A DNA stretch of 64,000 nt from NCBI RefSeq assembly GCF_009914755.1, contig NC_060925.1; one strand, given 5' to 3'. This document shows positions 40,841 to 56,222 of this stretch, piece after piece (within the stretch, counting starts at the first letter, position 1; each line of letters begins with the position of its first letter). Both the position numbers and the translations under genes were made by a program. The DNA comes from the human T2T-CHM13v2.0 reference genome, Homo sapiens. The notes under the pieces were generated by a model that was not told the origin of the DNA, did no database searches, and worked only from the letters and a program-made list of their open reading frames with translations.

Positions 40841-41179
40841 GAAAAGACACTTGTTCACAGGGAGCTCGCAGACCAGGTTTGTGGGCGGGCTGCAGGAAAA
40901 CACATGGTAAATAGCAGTGACAACCAACACTCAAACATTTCAGAGTAGTTACAAGGCAGCACAAGGCAGTGCGAAGAATCCATTTACATTGGATGGTATT
41001 CCATAAAAGGAAGGCTCCGAACGGAGTCTGGGCTGGCATTTCAGATGTGAAAGGATTCGGGATTCGATAGAGGGCAGGTAGATGTTTAAGAGGAGAGAAA
41101 TGGCATTGGCAAAGGCTTGAAGGTGAAATCCGAAGAGTCAGGCTTAGGGGAGGGATGGGAATAGCATGGAGAAAGACCA

Positions 41180-41410
41180 TGCAGTGAGTTGGAGGCTTAG
41201 ATCTTGGACTCTTCAGCCTGAGAAAGGCAGTTTTGAATGTTGGTTGCATCACTGATATCTAGGAAGTTTATCACCTCTCTGGGCCTCTGTTCCCTAGTGC
41301 CGTCAAGGGGAGATGCAATCTACCCTTTAGTGATGTTGCGAGGATTAAATGAGATAATGATGCCAGAATGTGGGCATGGTGGTGTCTGGAGTCAGTGAGG
41401 GCTCCGTGAA
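41180..41410 (+). mobile_element. MIR
   Basis: CACCTCTCTGGGCCTCTGTTCC...GTTGCGAGGATTAAATGAGATAATG. Confidence 0.7.
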
Positions 41411-42660
41411 GGGTGGCTGCTACTACTGCCACCTGCCCAGTCTCTCCCTCTCTAGGCTTCAGTGTCCCTAAGACCAGAGACTGCATCTTCCATTTCTTTC
41501 TTCTTCATGCCTGGCACAGGGTGTGGCACATTTTGGGTGTCCACATACTCTGACTGAGGACCCATCTCTGGGCTGAGGCTGGACCACCGAACACGTGTGG
41601 ACGGCCTCCCCTCCTTGCCCTTCCCTGTACTAGTGTCAGGGGGCAGCTTTGAAAGCTTTGGGTTCACTACCTTCTTTTGTGTGGTGGAGCCTGTTACCTC
41701 GAGAGTTCCAGAGAGGCTGCTGCCCCTTGAGCCCCTTCCTTGTCTGTACATGCTCTCCTCTGTGCAGCAGTGTTAGGGAAGGGGTTGCTGTGTGGACGTC
41801 CTTTTGTTTGTTCCATACGCGTTTGTGGCGCTCCTGCACCTGGCACTGTGCTCATCGCTGGGAAGCAAGAGGAATAAGGCACAGACATCCCTCAGGGTCT
41901 CAGCTGATAGTGGGGTGGGGCCTCAGTTATAAAGTAGTGTTTACCTGCTGTGATGGAGGTGTGCATCCATGCCATGGCCAACGTAGGCACAGGCTCCACG
42001 ATGGCCAGGGTGTTGGGTGAGCTCATGGGTCTTGCCAGGGTCTCCTTCCTCTCTTTGTAGAGGCTTCCATAAAGCCCTTTCTAAATTCTCAAAACATAAG
42101 TCCTTTAAAGAAAATCCATGTGTAAAATCTATCTACATCTTTTGGGAAAGATCTACTAAAAGTGCCCAACACATCGAATAAGATATTGATGCTACTAAAT
42201 GGTTGAGAATTCTTATGGTACAGCAGGTTCCCCCGTCCCACATCGTGGCTCATTCTACTGCATATAAGCACGTGGAAGCCCATTGCTCAGGCGACCCAAC
42301 TCTGACATCAGTTAGCGTTTGGCAGAAGACTACCCTTACTCTTTCTTCTCCTTTCTCCTGCTTTTCTTATGTTTTGTCCCATTCTGCTTTCTTTTTTAAA
42401 AAAATTCTTCTCCCCACAAACCTTCAAAGGACTCTCTTGGCACCACTCAGCCCCCAGTGGTTCTTAGGGTTAAAGAAATTGTTCATTCCTAGTTAAAATT
42501 TTTTTTGCACTGTTTTCAGCCTGTAGAAGAAAGTGTTGGTTCCAATTTGCCAGTAGCTTGCATTCCACCAAGAAGAAGGATCTGTCAGCACCAAGGGTGG
42601 TCCTGAAAGGATGGGGAATCTGGGGTGTGAGGGGTGCTGAGGCTAGCTCAAGAGTCAGGA

Positions 42661-42706
<46 letters not shown>
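42661..42706 (+). repeat. (CA)n microsatellite
   Basis: Direct reading. Confidence 0.95.
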
Positions 42707-43090
42707 TTTGAGTTAGGGCAATCAGAATCCCGGAAGGCTAGCAGATGATCTGAAATGCTGGAGGTCAAGGCAAAATGGTAGAGAAGAAACCCAAAAGACA
42801 TTTTAAAAGCAAATGGACTCAAGCTTCAAAGAGCTAGGCAGGAGAGCTACTCATGGGTAATTAGAGCCAATGGGGTCAGGTTAGGGGCAGGAGAGGACAC
42901 CGTTTGGAACGTACACTCTGGGAAGCCTTTCATACCAGGCTATTCCGATCCCAACAAAGCTTCCTCTGTTTGCCGCTGGAGTGAATCTGCTCAGGCCGTG
43001 GAGACAGAAGGGCCTGGGCAGTGCTAGGCTGAAGGGGACACATGGTTGGAACACAATGACAAAATTGACAGGGGTGCAGAGAAACTTTAA

Positions 43091-43420
<330 letters not shown>

Positions 43421-45675
43421 TCATCAGCTTTGACTTTCATTTTGGACCCTCTTTTCAGGTCAGTGGGTGACTGAACATTTTTTATAGTAACCTGCCATGC
43501 TTCAAACAGAAATATGGCACCACCTATCTATCTCATGGTGGTGAGGACAGGCTCTTTGGCCTGTGTTTTCATTCACGGGAATGGGTTTTGCTGAGCCTGT
43601 CACACTTCCTCTTCACCTAGGTTGTGACCCCAGATGCATGTTTGCCATGCTGGACTCAAAGGACTTCCTTTATTTATTTATTTTACTTTTGACATTGCAA
43701 TTTGTGTAATTATTCATGTTTTCTCTTTTTCCTTGGAAGCTCAGAACCAAATTGCAGTGCATGTCTTAAAATGCACCTATTAGGCATCATTTTATTTATA
43801 ATTCACCCTTGGCTTTATCCTATTTTTTTCACCTATATTTTCTTTAATTTCCTCACTTATTTTTCCTAATCTCTCTGTGTATATAATCCTCCTCAGTTCT
43901 TTGAGACATTAGACTTAGAGTTACATAAAAGTCATCCCCATAATATTCTGCCTCTACACTGAATAAATGTCCATTTAGAGTCTATAGGATGGCTTGCAAA
44001 TCAATGCATGAAATCTCAACAAACAACCTTGGGCCCTAAGGGTTATATATGGCTATACATTAAATAAAAGACAAGTGCCTGTCCTCAAGGAGATTCTAAT
44101 CCCAAGACATAGACAAAACATATAGATTTAAGTTAACAGGACTGTTTAGCTACAAAATTATAGAGGCATTATCAAGGGAAAGGCTTCACTTAATTCTTCA
44201 TTCATCCAAGAAATATTACTGAGTACAGACTATGCATGAAGCCCTGGTTATGCCCTATGCAGCAATGTTGAGCAAGATATAGTCCCTGCCTTCCAGGAGT
44301 TCTACTTAGCAGGGAAACAAGTAAGAAGGCAATTACAATACGTGTAATAAAGCCATTGGTCCACACAGGCAGGATGCAACTCAGTCCTGGGAGGGAGTGG
44401 ACTGGAGCAGCTTTCTGGAGGAGATGACTTGTAAGACTGAGCTAGCAGACAAGTGTAGAGTTGAGTAGATCCTTGGCCTCTTCCAGAAAGATGTGAGCCT
44501 TGGCTGTTGTGCCTTGAGTGAGTCCAGCAGTCTTTCCTTACCTACCACGGATGGATTCTTGCTTTACTTAAGGAGGTGAATGTTGACTCCAAAACTGCTT
44601 AAACTCCCTGACTTCTCTGCTTGAGGGCAGTATGGCTTTCCCTAGCTACACTGAGAGCTTCTTCTTAAAAGATATCCAGACCTCGAACTGACAGCACACG
44701 GGCCAATGGGTGCATGAAGCCGCCCACCCTCTCCTCCCCCGCACCAGACCATCCTGCTCTTTCAGTCCCAGGAGCTGAGCTAACTGCCTGGTGCCCACTG
44801 CTGTAGAAGCCCGGCGATGAATGGCAGGCACTAAGATGTCCATCGCTGTGGGAAGAAGGGAGCTGGGGCGGGCCAAGATGGCAGATGGCTTGGAGTGGCA
44901 TGCTGTTTTCAGGCCCTCTACCTTTGTAGCCTGTGCCATTTGAAGCTGCCGGTTACTGTTTTTAGCTTGGCTTGACAAGAGAGCTTTTGTTGTCACTCAG
45001 GAATGCAGGGTATTTTTAGCGAAGAGATTCTGCTTCAGGCATGGGCATTGTGTTCTTCCAATTACAGGCATGGCCGAGGAGGGCTGGGCGCCGAATCACT
45101 TGAAAGATCAGCAGGCTCAGCTGAGAAATTCATAGAAAAAAGAGGTGGGCGGGGCTGCATAACCAGAACCCTCGGGTCTTGTGCGATTTATTTTATTTTA
45201 TTTTTATTTTAATCTTGTCTCCTTGTTCCTCCTCAGAACTGACTGCTCAGGTGACATGGAGGTAGATCCCAGGAAGGAAGGAAGGGAGAGCAGGAAAGAA
45301 ATTGCCTGGGGGTTGAAGAGCTACCGAAGAGAAACTACCCAGCCACGAAACCACATTTATTGAGCTCGACCATAAGAGAACAGGTGGTAGTGAAATGAAA
45401 ATTGTAACTTTTCTCTTGAACTTGAAATCAATTTGTAGTTATATATATTTATTGATTAATTCAAAGGAATGACTGAATGAACAAATGTTTTCCCATCCAT
45501 TTATTCATTGATGCTATAGCAATGTACAATTTTTGGTCTGGAAGATCTGTGGATCATCCAGCTTAATCTGTTTCCCTAGTTCTCTTCCCTGCCAGACACC
45601 CCTGTCCCTGCCCCTTCCAGAGATGAGGAAACTGAAGCCCAGAGAGGTCAGGTGACTTGCGCAAGGTCCTACTAA

Positions 45676-46096
<421 letters not shown>

Positions 46097-46669
46097 TAAT
46101 GAACAAATCAAAATAACAACTTAACAGACAGCCTGAGATGGGGAGTGGGCTGAGGGTTGGGTCCAGGGCCATGCTTAGAGCCTTGGAACCATGAGAGTTT
46201 TTCAGACTTCCTTCTTGGCTATCTTTTTTGGTTTTCCTCTGCTTAGGTGGGTATTTATTGAGCATCCACTACACAGAAGGCACGTGCTGGGTACGTTGAC
46301 ATGGATTATTTTATGAATTACTCAAACAGCCTGCAAGGAAGGCATCAGACCTGTCTTTTGAGATCTGAAGGCTGAGATAGAGAGGGGCTAAGGGGGTTTG
46401 CTCAAGATCAATGACAGCCAAGTGGCTGAGCCAGAATTAAAAGCCAGGTCTGTCTGCCACAATGACCAGGGCTCTTTCCACTGACACCCAGATGTTTTCA
46501 CAATACTGTTGGGGCTGAGTTGTTTGGAGTTGTGGTCACTATGGTGGGCCCCCTGGCCGGTGGAGTGTGCTGTCTATGTTCTCCTGCAACCTGAATTTTC
46601 ACGGAACCTGAAGATGGAAATGTGGGAGGAGATGTCATGTGCCCCATCACACTATTAACTTACTAATAA

Positions 46670-47143
<474 letters not shown>

Positions 47144-47948
47144 TGAGTGTATTTTTAAAAAATTCAGGTTAGTATAATTGAATGAGTGTTTATCAAATTC
47201 CTCCCAAGGAGCCAGGAGTGGTGTCACAGACATGGCTCTTCAGATCTTATGACAGGACTGGGCCTTGAGCCACTCACTTATTCTTTTAGCAAACATGGTG
47301 CCAGGCAGCCTCAATGTGCTGACAGTCTAGTAAGGGAGGAAGACAAGGACCCAGGTGACCAGGCCTCCCAGATGCCGCCAGCTGGTGGTGCAGGAGCTGA
47401 CACTGCCTTTGGCCACTTAGTGGCCGTGGTACCTCTAAGTCCCAGGAAATACTCACACACCCCCTCCTCAACCTCTTCAGATGGCACAGGCTTCCGCATT
47501 AGGCTTTGTCTAGCACCCATAACTTACCTGTTGCACACAGATTCCAACATCCCATTTAGAATCCTGATGATATTGAGGGTCCTAAAATGACTCTGGGAAT
47601 AATGAGGAGAACTGAGATCTAACTTTTCACAGGTAGGGAGGTTCCAGGTAGAACAGGAGAAGGAAAGCTCTAAGTTCCATGGAGTTAAGAGATGTATCTG
47701 TCTTGTTCATTTTTATATCCCCAGCTCTTGCTCTGGTGTATGGCAAATACGTATGATGTTGAATGAACAGGTATGTGCCTGAGAATGGATTGATTCAATG
47801 GGTTCTTTCCAATAAACTCATAAGGAGATCTACAGGTGTCTGAAGAGTTGAATATTGACATGTTGGAAAATAATAGAATGCACTTGAGATCATTCTGAAT
47901 TTGAGAACACATCACGGGGTAATTAAAAAATATACTTTTTTTGGGTGG

Positions 47949-48227
<279 letters not shown>

Positions 48228-48272
48228 TTAAAAATATTTTAAAAATATAAAACATTCAAGAAGCTGGCTATC

Positions 48273-48675
48273 TTGTGTTTGTTCCTCTCCATCCACTTGC
48301 CACGCTTTTCAACTCTCCTCTCAGCTCAGGAGACTTTTTGGGCCTTCTGGCTTCTCACTGGGGAGTCCTGCTGGGAGACAGAGGGAAGAAAGTGGGTGAG
48401 ATCTGGGTACTTTTCCTGGCTCTCTCCCCGAGGGGTGCCCTCAGGCTGTGTCGAGGACTCTCTTTTTTTCTTGTGGCTACTCCCTCTGCCTTCATCCCTT
48501 TAGGCCGAGGATAGTAACAGCTCCTCTGTTACGAGCCTTGGCTATGATACCAATGCCTTGTGACTTCCCTTTACCTTGCCCACGTCTTTAAAAAATGGTT
48601 CCTATATTAGACCTTCATCAAATTAGACTGATTTGAGTGTGCCATCTGTTTCCTATTTGCAGCCTTGATGAAATA
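48273..48675 (+). mobile_element. LTR16-type ERVL LTR
   Basis: CCCTTTAGGCCGAGGATAGTAACAGCT; TTTGAGTGTGCCATCTGTTTCCT end motif. Confidence 0.65.
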
Positions 48676-49002
48676 GGTGCAGCTCCCCATAGCATGAACA
48701 CTCATTGAGGGTTTCTCCTAGCTCACCCATGTTCACGTGCTCCTCCCGTTTCTTAATAGTATGTGAGCTAGTTGGTTCCACCAAATATGTCAATCAAGAT
48801 GGAGGTGCCAGTTCATTTTTATAGATGCATAAACACTTATCTGGGGGAAAAGGGGTAGTTCTATCATTCTGACACACACCATCACACCCAAAATTAATTA
48901 ATTTAGAAATAATCCATGTATGGGTGAGGCCTGCCATTCCTATCATGAGAAAACTGAACTGGAGGAGGGAGTTCCCTTCTGCTCTTTCCTAACTGGATCT
49001 CT

Positions 49003-49460
49003 GTGTCTTAGTTTGGGTTCTCGTGAGGCAGAGCTTGCCATAGGGATTGGGGTACACCTGGCTAATTGGAGGCTGTCCTAGGAGAAGGCAGATGAGGGAG
49101 GCTGGGTAGAGCTGAGAAGGCCCTAAGCGAGGATGTGGATAGTCGCGGGGGCTGGGATGATCTCAGCTGGAGACCTGCCTCAGCCTGGGCCACAGGGAGC
49201 TCCTGTGCGTAGATAACACCAGTGAGTGGGGCCCACCTTGAGGCAAGGGGGCTGCCTTTCCACCTTCATGTCAGTCAGGTATTGGCCGTGGGCTGCCTTC
49301 GGCGGGGGTTTACACTGGGGTTGAGGTGGCTGCTGTTCTGTTGAAGGAAGTTCTTTGAGCAAGGAGGCAGCTGTGGGCCAATATTCACAGCAGCTGGGGG
49401 ATGGGAGCACTGGCCAGGTAGAGGGGACCTAGCGGGGAGCTCCAACAGTGTGGATGCTAC
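49003..49460 (-). mobile_element. LTR16-type ERVL LTR
   Basis: TGTCTTAGTTTGGGTTC..GCAGAGC; CACAGCAGCTGGGGGATGG; ...GCTACA end. Confidence 0.6.
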
Positions 49461-49693
49461 AGGATTCTCCTTATCTGTGTTCAGTGAGAGATAATTACCA
49501 CTATTTTCATTTGACAAATCACCAAATATTTTTTATCTTTTTCATTCTTACATTCCTCCTCCCCTCCCTTCTTTTCTTTCTTCCTTCCACAAACATTTAG
49601 TGAATCCATGCTACGTGAGGACCAATGGGACATTCAAGACACTGTCTCCTCCTAGGAGGCTCTTTCTGTCTCATTGGGATGCCATGACCTGCC

Positions 49694-49707
49694 ACACCAG
49701 GTGGCGG
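49694..49707 (+). promoter_or_regulatory. Possible CTCF site
   Basis: ACACCAGGTGGCGG resembles the CTCF core; motif only. Confidence 0.3.
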
Positions 49708-52287
49708 GTGAAGCAATGTTTAATTGACTATTCACTTTTGTAGCTGTACCTAGAGATCAGTGAGGACTGGGATTATTTCAAGGGATTTAAAGGTAAAGCC
49801 ACATTTCCAAAGCTACCTGTGAACTGACTGTTGCCAAAGATGGCACCCACGGCCTCCCATTTCCCCTTCACTGGCTTCTTTCTTTCTTCTCAAATGATAC
49901 TAATGGAAAACAAATGCTGTGTTCAGTTCACACTCCTACTTAATTCAGTTCCTTTTAAGCCATGCAGAGTTTCTGTTTCAACAAAAACCTCCATAGGGGT
50001 GACTCTGCAGATCTCCTAAAACAATGGGGTGGGGACAGATTGTGGTGGAGTGAGGTGGAGGCACAAACGCCACCTTTCAATTCTGCGGCGTAACCCAATC
50101 CCTCTTTCGGCTCTATCTGTGGGATGAAACCAGGTGGAAAAGTGAGGGGGAGGAGACCATGGCAGTTTTGACCTATTCAAGGCATGTGGAAAAGGGATTC
50201 TTTCTTCACCTGGGAAATCAGAGTGCACTTTTGATGCAATCCATGTCTATCTATCCTTTTAGTGCCAGTAGGGCTACCCATTTGGGCACTAGAACCTCAG
50301 GCCCGGTTGATAGGCATTGGGATACGGAGGATAGAAATCCTTCAAGGCAACAGGATTTTCTCCAGGTTCCCTGGCTCGAATCCGCTGAACCTGTAATCAG
50401 CAACTCCAAGTCACAAAATGTCGGGTTGGAGCCGCTGCCATTGGAGAGAAGGGGAATTGGCACTTGCTTATTGTCCATGGCAGGGATCCTGAAAGGTTCC
50501 TGTTTAACATTTTATTTGCATGAAAAAAAAATTCACCAGCATCTCTGAGGACAGGAGTCAGTGCCTGTGTATGTGGTGTGCATGGGTTAGGGTGGTGTGG
50601 TGGGAGCTTCCATATTGCACTGAAATCGACTCCTCAACAGCAGCCATTTTCAACAAGATCCCTGTGTTTGCTTGGCAAAATCCTGGATTGGAAAAACAAA
50701 AGCTTTTCCTGCCAGATTCCATTAATTTCAGCAGCAGCAGTAGCAGCAGCAATCTGGTTCTCTCGGATGAATGTTTGACAAGAATGGCCAGGACTGAGGT
50801 TCGGGAGACTTGTGGGGTCTTTTTCAGTGAAAGTCTGGGCTCTTTCTGCCCATCTTTCCTCTTGTATAAGAGCGTGTATCCAGACAGAATGACAGACACA
50901 TGAACCAGTGGCATGCCATAAGTAGGTGGGAGTATAGGAGGACTCTGAGAGGGGCAAAGGATGTGGAAGAAATGGGCAGTGTGGGGCCATGGCGGTGAAG
51001 CCTCCTCCGACCCGGCTAAGGGAGGAGTCAAGGGTCACTCCTCACCTGCTGGGGCTGGAGAGCATCCAGGGGGCCCGATGCTGGAAAGTGAGACCACAGG
51101 GTGAGTCCCGAGGTGTCTGCCCTCTGGGGTTGCAGCACACTGCCTGGAAAACAGGAGCTGCCCAGTCAGAAAAGCTGACGCAGATGGAGGGGCCAGTGAC
51201 CCGGAGTGAGCAGGAATGGGGCTGGTGAATTTCCACTGGCTCCACTGTGGGGTCGGAGTGTATGTGACCCACCTGGAATGTTTAGGAGTCTGGTGAGCAG
51301 GCTGCAGGAGGGATGCGACCCTGAGATGCTCTCTCATGGGCATGGGCCTAAAAGCTGGACTGGAAGTTTGATGATGGTAGCAGATAAAGGGCTATTTGCT
51401 CAGTTTATTTTTCAGTTGCATTTTTTTCCTTTCCTTTTTTTTTAGAGTTTTTAGATTTTCCTTTCCTTTCTTTCAGATTGTGGTCAGATACTTTATAGAA
51501 CTGGGAGGATCAATGAACATGTGACTAGCCACATGAACTAATGGCATGGCCACCAGACTTTCCCTGGAGGTCAGAGGAAAGGTGGGATGGGAGGCCCCTG
51601 GAGAGGTGGAGCTGCTCGTGTGTAAAGAGCTCCTTGTTTTATCACCCCTAGAAGAGAGGGCACTGTTGGATTAATCACTTCCCTGACTTATCTGCTTAAT
51701 CACAACTCTTCTAATGGATTGCAAGTGTTGAAGGGGTCATATAAAAACAAACAGCCAGCAACAGCAACCCCTTCACTCTCTACCCCTCAAATACCTGACA
51801 GCCCTTTAACACAGCACTAAGCTATTGTGATGGGGATGACTTAGGAATGATGATGAGGCAGCCCTACTGATGGAGTCCTTGCTATGGCCCTTTGCATTGG
51901 GCTGAGTATCGTGCCACATTGTTACACTGAGTCCTCGGCTGATCCTGAGAGGGCATGATTATCGTCATTTTACAAATGAGAGCGCTGAGGCTTGACCTTA
52001 ACTTCCCAAAGTCACATAGGGCTGGGACTTTTACCCAGTTCATTCACTTGCAAGGCCTGGCTGGAGCATCTCAGAGGGTGAGGGAGTCCTGGTGCTGAGG
52101 TGCCTTTGCTGGCCCAGGTGTGGGAGAAAGGAGCCTGGGCCCCAGCCCCCAAGGTCCTACCCGGAGGCCTGACATCCTACAGGTGGACTCACTCTACCAA
52201 GTGCCAGTGGTTGAATTCCAGGACTGCATCTGGGTTTCTCACTGGATTTGGGACTTCTGGGATATAGAGTGTATGTGTAATATTACA

Positions 52288-52291
52288 TGCA

Positions 52292-52327
<36 letters not shown>

Positions 52328-52340
52328 GAGAGAGAGAGAG
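52288..52340 (+). repeat. (CA)n-(GA)n compound microsatellite
   Basis: Direct reading. Confidence 0.93.
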
Positions 52341-52934
52341 TGCACAAGCGAGAGAGGGCACAAAGGGCGGCATGATTCTTTGGAGTAAATTACTTGGGAA
52401 GCCCCTATACCCCTATGGAATGGATTAAAGGGGCCCTAGATTTTGCTCATTCCCTTCTGCATAAAAGTGAAAGTGAAGGACTAAAGGAGGGAGAAGAAGG
52501 GACTGAGAGTGAGCGGAAATCATCCCTGACATCAACAACCACAATTTGGAAGGGGCTTAGCACTACCTGAAGTAGCTTGCCTGTTGTTGTCCAAGGCTTT
52601 GACAGGTATCCAAAATGAAAGCAGACCGTGGGAACTTTATTTTTTCTGAGACATTGAAGATGCCTAATAAACACCCTTTGATTATTTGACTACTTAAGAT
52701 TATGGCAAACATACTGTGCATTTAACATTGCTCCTCTCATATACATTTTTGTTCTAGTGTTTTGGAGTCTTCTTTGTGAACATCTCATTTTCTAAGTAGG
52801 GCTCTTCTTGCCTTTTGTTGGTCTATGTGAGTTTGGCCCTTCTAGATGAGTAAAAGGTCCTGTGGGCTGCATGGAAGAGATATGTGTTCTGACTGGACAG
52901 TCCATATGATTGCATGTGTTTTTCAGGTGAGTGA

Positions 52935-53065
52935 AACCTGACCTGCTACAATATAAGCTCCATGAGGTAAGGACTTTTTTAGTTTTGCTCATGGTTGTAT
53001 ACGTGGCCCTTAGAGTACAGCCTGACACATAATAGATGCTTAATAAAAATTTATTGAATGAATTC
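52935..53065 (+). mobile_element. L2 3' end
   Basis: ATAAGCTCCATGAGG..AGGAC...GCCTGACACATAATAGATGCTTAATAAA..TTGAATGAAT. Confidence 0.8.
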
Positions 53066-53442
53066 CCATAGCTACAGATATGGAAGCTCCATCAGTGATC
53101 TTAATCTGAGTGTCCTCAAGGACTCACCTTTTACTGCTGGAAGCACAGGGAGACACCAGGACATTCATTCTTCTGTCCTTATAATGTCAGAATGTACCTG
53201 GCTCTCTCTTAAACTTGGGGGTCTTTCCCCAATCTAGCCACAATCAGGCTGGGTGACTTGGCTAGTGGAAAGCTCAAGGTTAAAGTCACACTCAGCAGAT
53301 GGTCCATATGCCAGGAAAAATGGTGCTCTTGTGTAGCTTACCATGATGCAGGGCCTCCCACCCCTTCACTGCTGATGGGCAAGGTTGGTGGCATGTGCCT
53401 ATATCCTTCTGGATGTTTCCATTGATCATCTCATCTTCCAGG

Positions 53443-53825
53443 GTGTGGGGGTTAGTTTTATGTATCAACTTGGTTAGGCTGCAGTACCTAGTTATTTCAT
53501 CAAATACAAATCTAGGTATTGTTGTGAAAGTATTTCATAGATGTGATTAGCACCTAAAGTAAAGGGGGTTACTCTTGAAAATTTGGATGGACCTCATCTA
53601 ATCAGTTGAAGACTTTAAGCCGAAACTGAGGTATCCTGGAGGAGGAATTCTACCTCAAGACTGCGGCACCAACTATCATCTGCTCTTCCAGCTTCTTGAC
53701 CTTACCTACAAATTTCAGACTTACCTGCCCTATGGATTTTGAACTTGTCGGAGCCTGTAATTGCATAAGTCAGTTCATTCTCTGTTTCTCCATACACACA
53801 GATGCACACATATACACACATATTT
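53443..53825 (+). mobile_element. MLT2-type ERVL LTR
   Basis: GTTAGTTTTATGTATCAACTTGGTTAGGC; CCTCATCTAATCAGTTGAAG; GAATTCTACCTCAAGACTGC. Confidence 0.8.
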
Positions 53826-54288
53826 TCATAATTTCTTAGGGAAGGATTGTATTATTATTCTTGTTCAATAACCACATTTATGGAGCACACAGTGTGATAT
53901 CTAGCAAGTCATATTCTGCACTGTGCCATATACTACAGAGGCAAAGGAGGAAAAACATGGCTTTCCCTCTCAGGTCCTTACAGAACGGTAGAGAACTATC
54001 GCATCTCTTTTCTCCTGTTCTTTGGTGTATCCCCTCATAGCACTGGTAATTTCACTGGAAGGTCTTCCTCTGCTCAAGAGGTGAAGAACTTGTCCTTCAA
54101 GGCCTCTTTAGAGGCCTCCTGGAGCTGCTTGAGAAGGTGGAAAGCGGAGGAGTGATGATGTAAAGAGCACGTTGGAGTGGATTCACTGCTTTCCGTTCAA
54201 CCTGGTGCCACACGATTATTACTGCCTTTCCAGGGCAGGTCCCACGCTTGTCCTCTAGAAGCCCGTGCAACCAACCAAGTGCAAAGTA

Positions 54289-54368
54289 TTAGGTTGGTGC
54301 TAAAGTTATTGCGGTTTTTGCCATTACTTTCAATGGCCAAAACCGCAATTACTTTTGCACCAACCTAA
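54289..54368. mobile_element. MADE1 (Hsmar1-derived MITE), full 80 bp with TA TSDs
   Basis: TA-TTAGGTTGGTGC...GCACCAACCTAA-TA; near-perfect inverted repeats. Confidence 0.96.
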
Positions 54369-54789
54369 TACGTTGTGGGGATGCCGTGACAGACCAGGGG
54401 CAAAGTGCTAAGGAATGCGAGGAAGGGGAGGTGGTTCTGACTGAGGAAGGCCAGGTATGCCTTTTCAGAGGCTCTGTTTTAGTTGGTTTTGGATGAAGAC
54501 TGATCTTTGGCCAGAGGGACAAGGACAGGGGTGTGGAGACTGTTTGTGAGGGAGGCACAGAGGCAGAAAAAAAACATGAGGCAGGTTCAGGCAGCTCTGA
54601 AAGTATGTTTAGTATTCAGCTTAGCTGATTTGTGGTTGAAAGAAAAGGAACACCAAGTGTATGTGGACCTGAATAAGAAAATAGTTGAACTGAAAGTTCA
54701 GATTTGGGATCACGTGCAAAGCAGAATGACAATACTTTGTGAATGGGTGCTGTTTTCCATTTCTGTTCGGTCTGCTCAATGGCTCCAAT

Positions 54790-56200
<1,411 letters not shown>

Positions 56201-56222
56201 TCTCTTTTTCCACCCTGCTCAT

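Larger units (their letters stand above)
39242..40924. repeat. Long inverted repeat: arms 39242-39596 and 40623-40924, spacer ~1026 bp
   Basis: Manual alignment of the reverse complement of 39242-39480 to 40687-40924 gives about 28 differences in ~239 bp; inner ends also match (GGAGCAAGAGTT(G/A)AAAGCAGTG). Confidence 0.95.

Noticed and set aside
42583-42600. REST/RE1-like site TCAGCACCAAGG (and a half-site near 52086)
   Set aside because: Right half (ACAG) missing or spacer wrong
50520-51038. Cluster of 127-157-aa ORFs with a short CAG run
   Set aside because: No homology recognised and no convincing splice-site pair; the CAG run is only ~7 imperfect units
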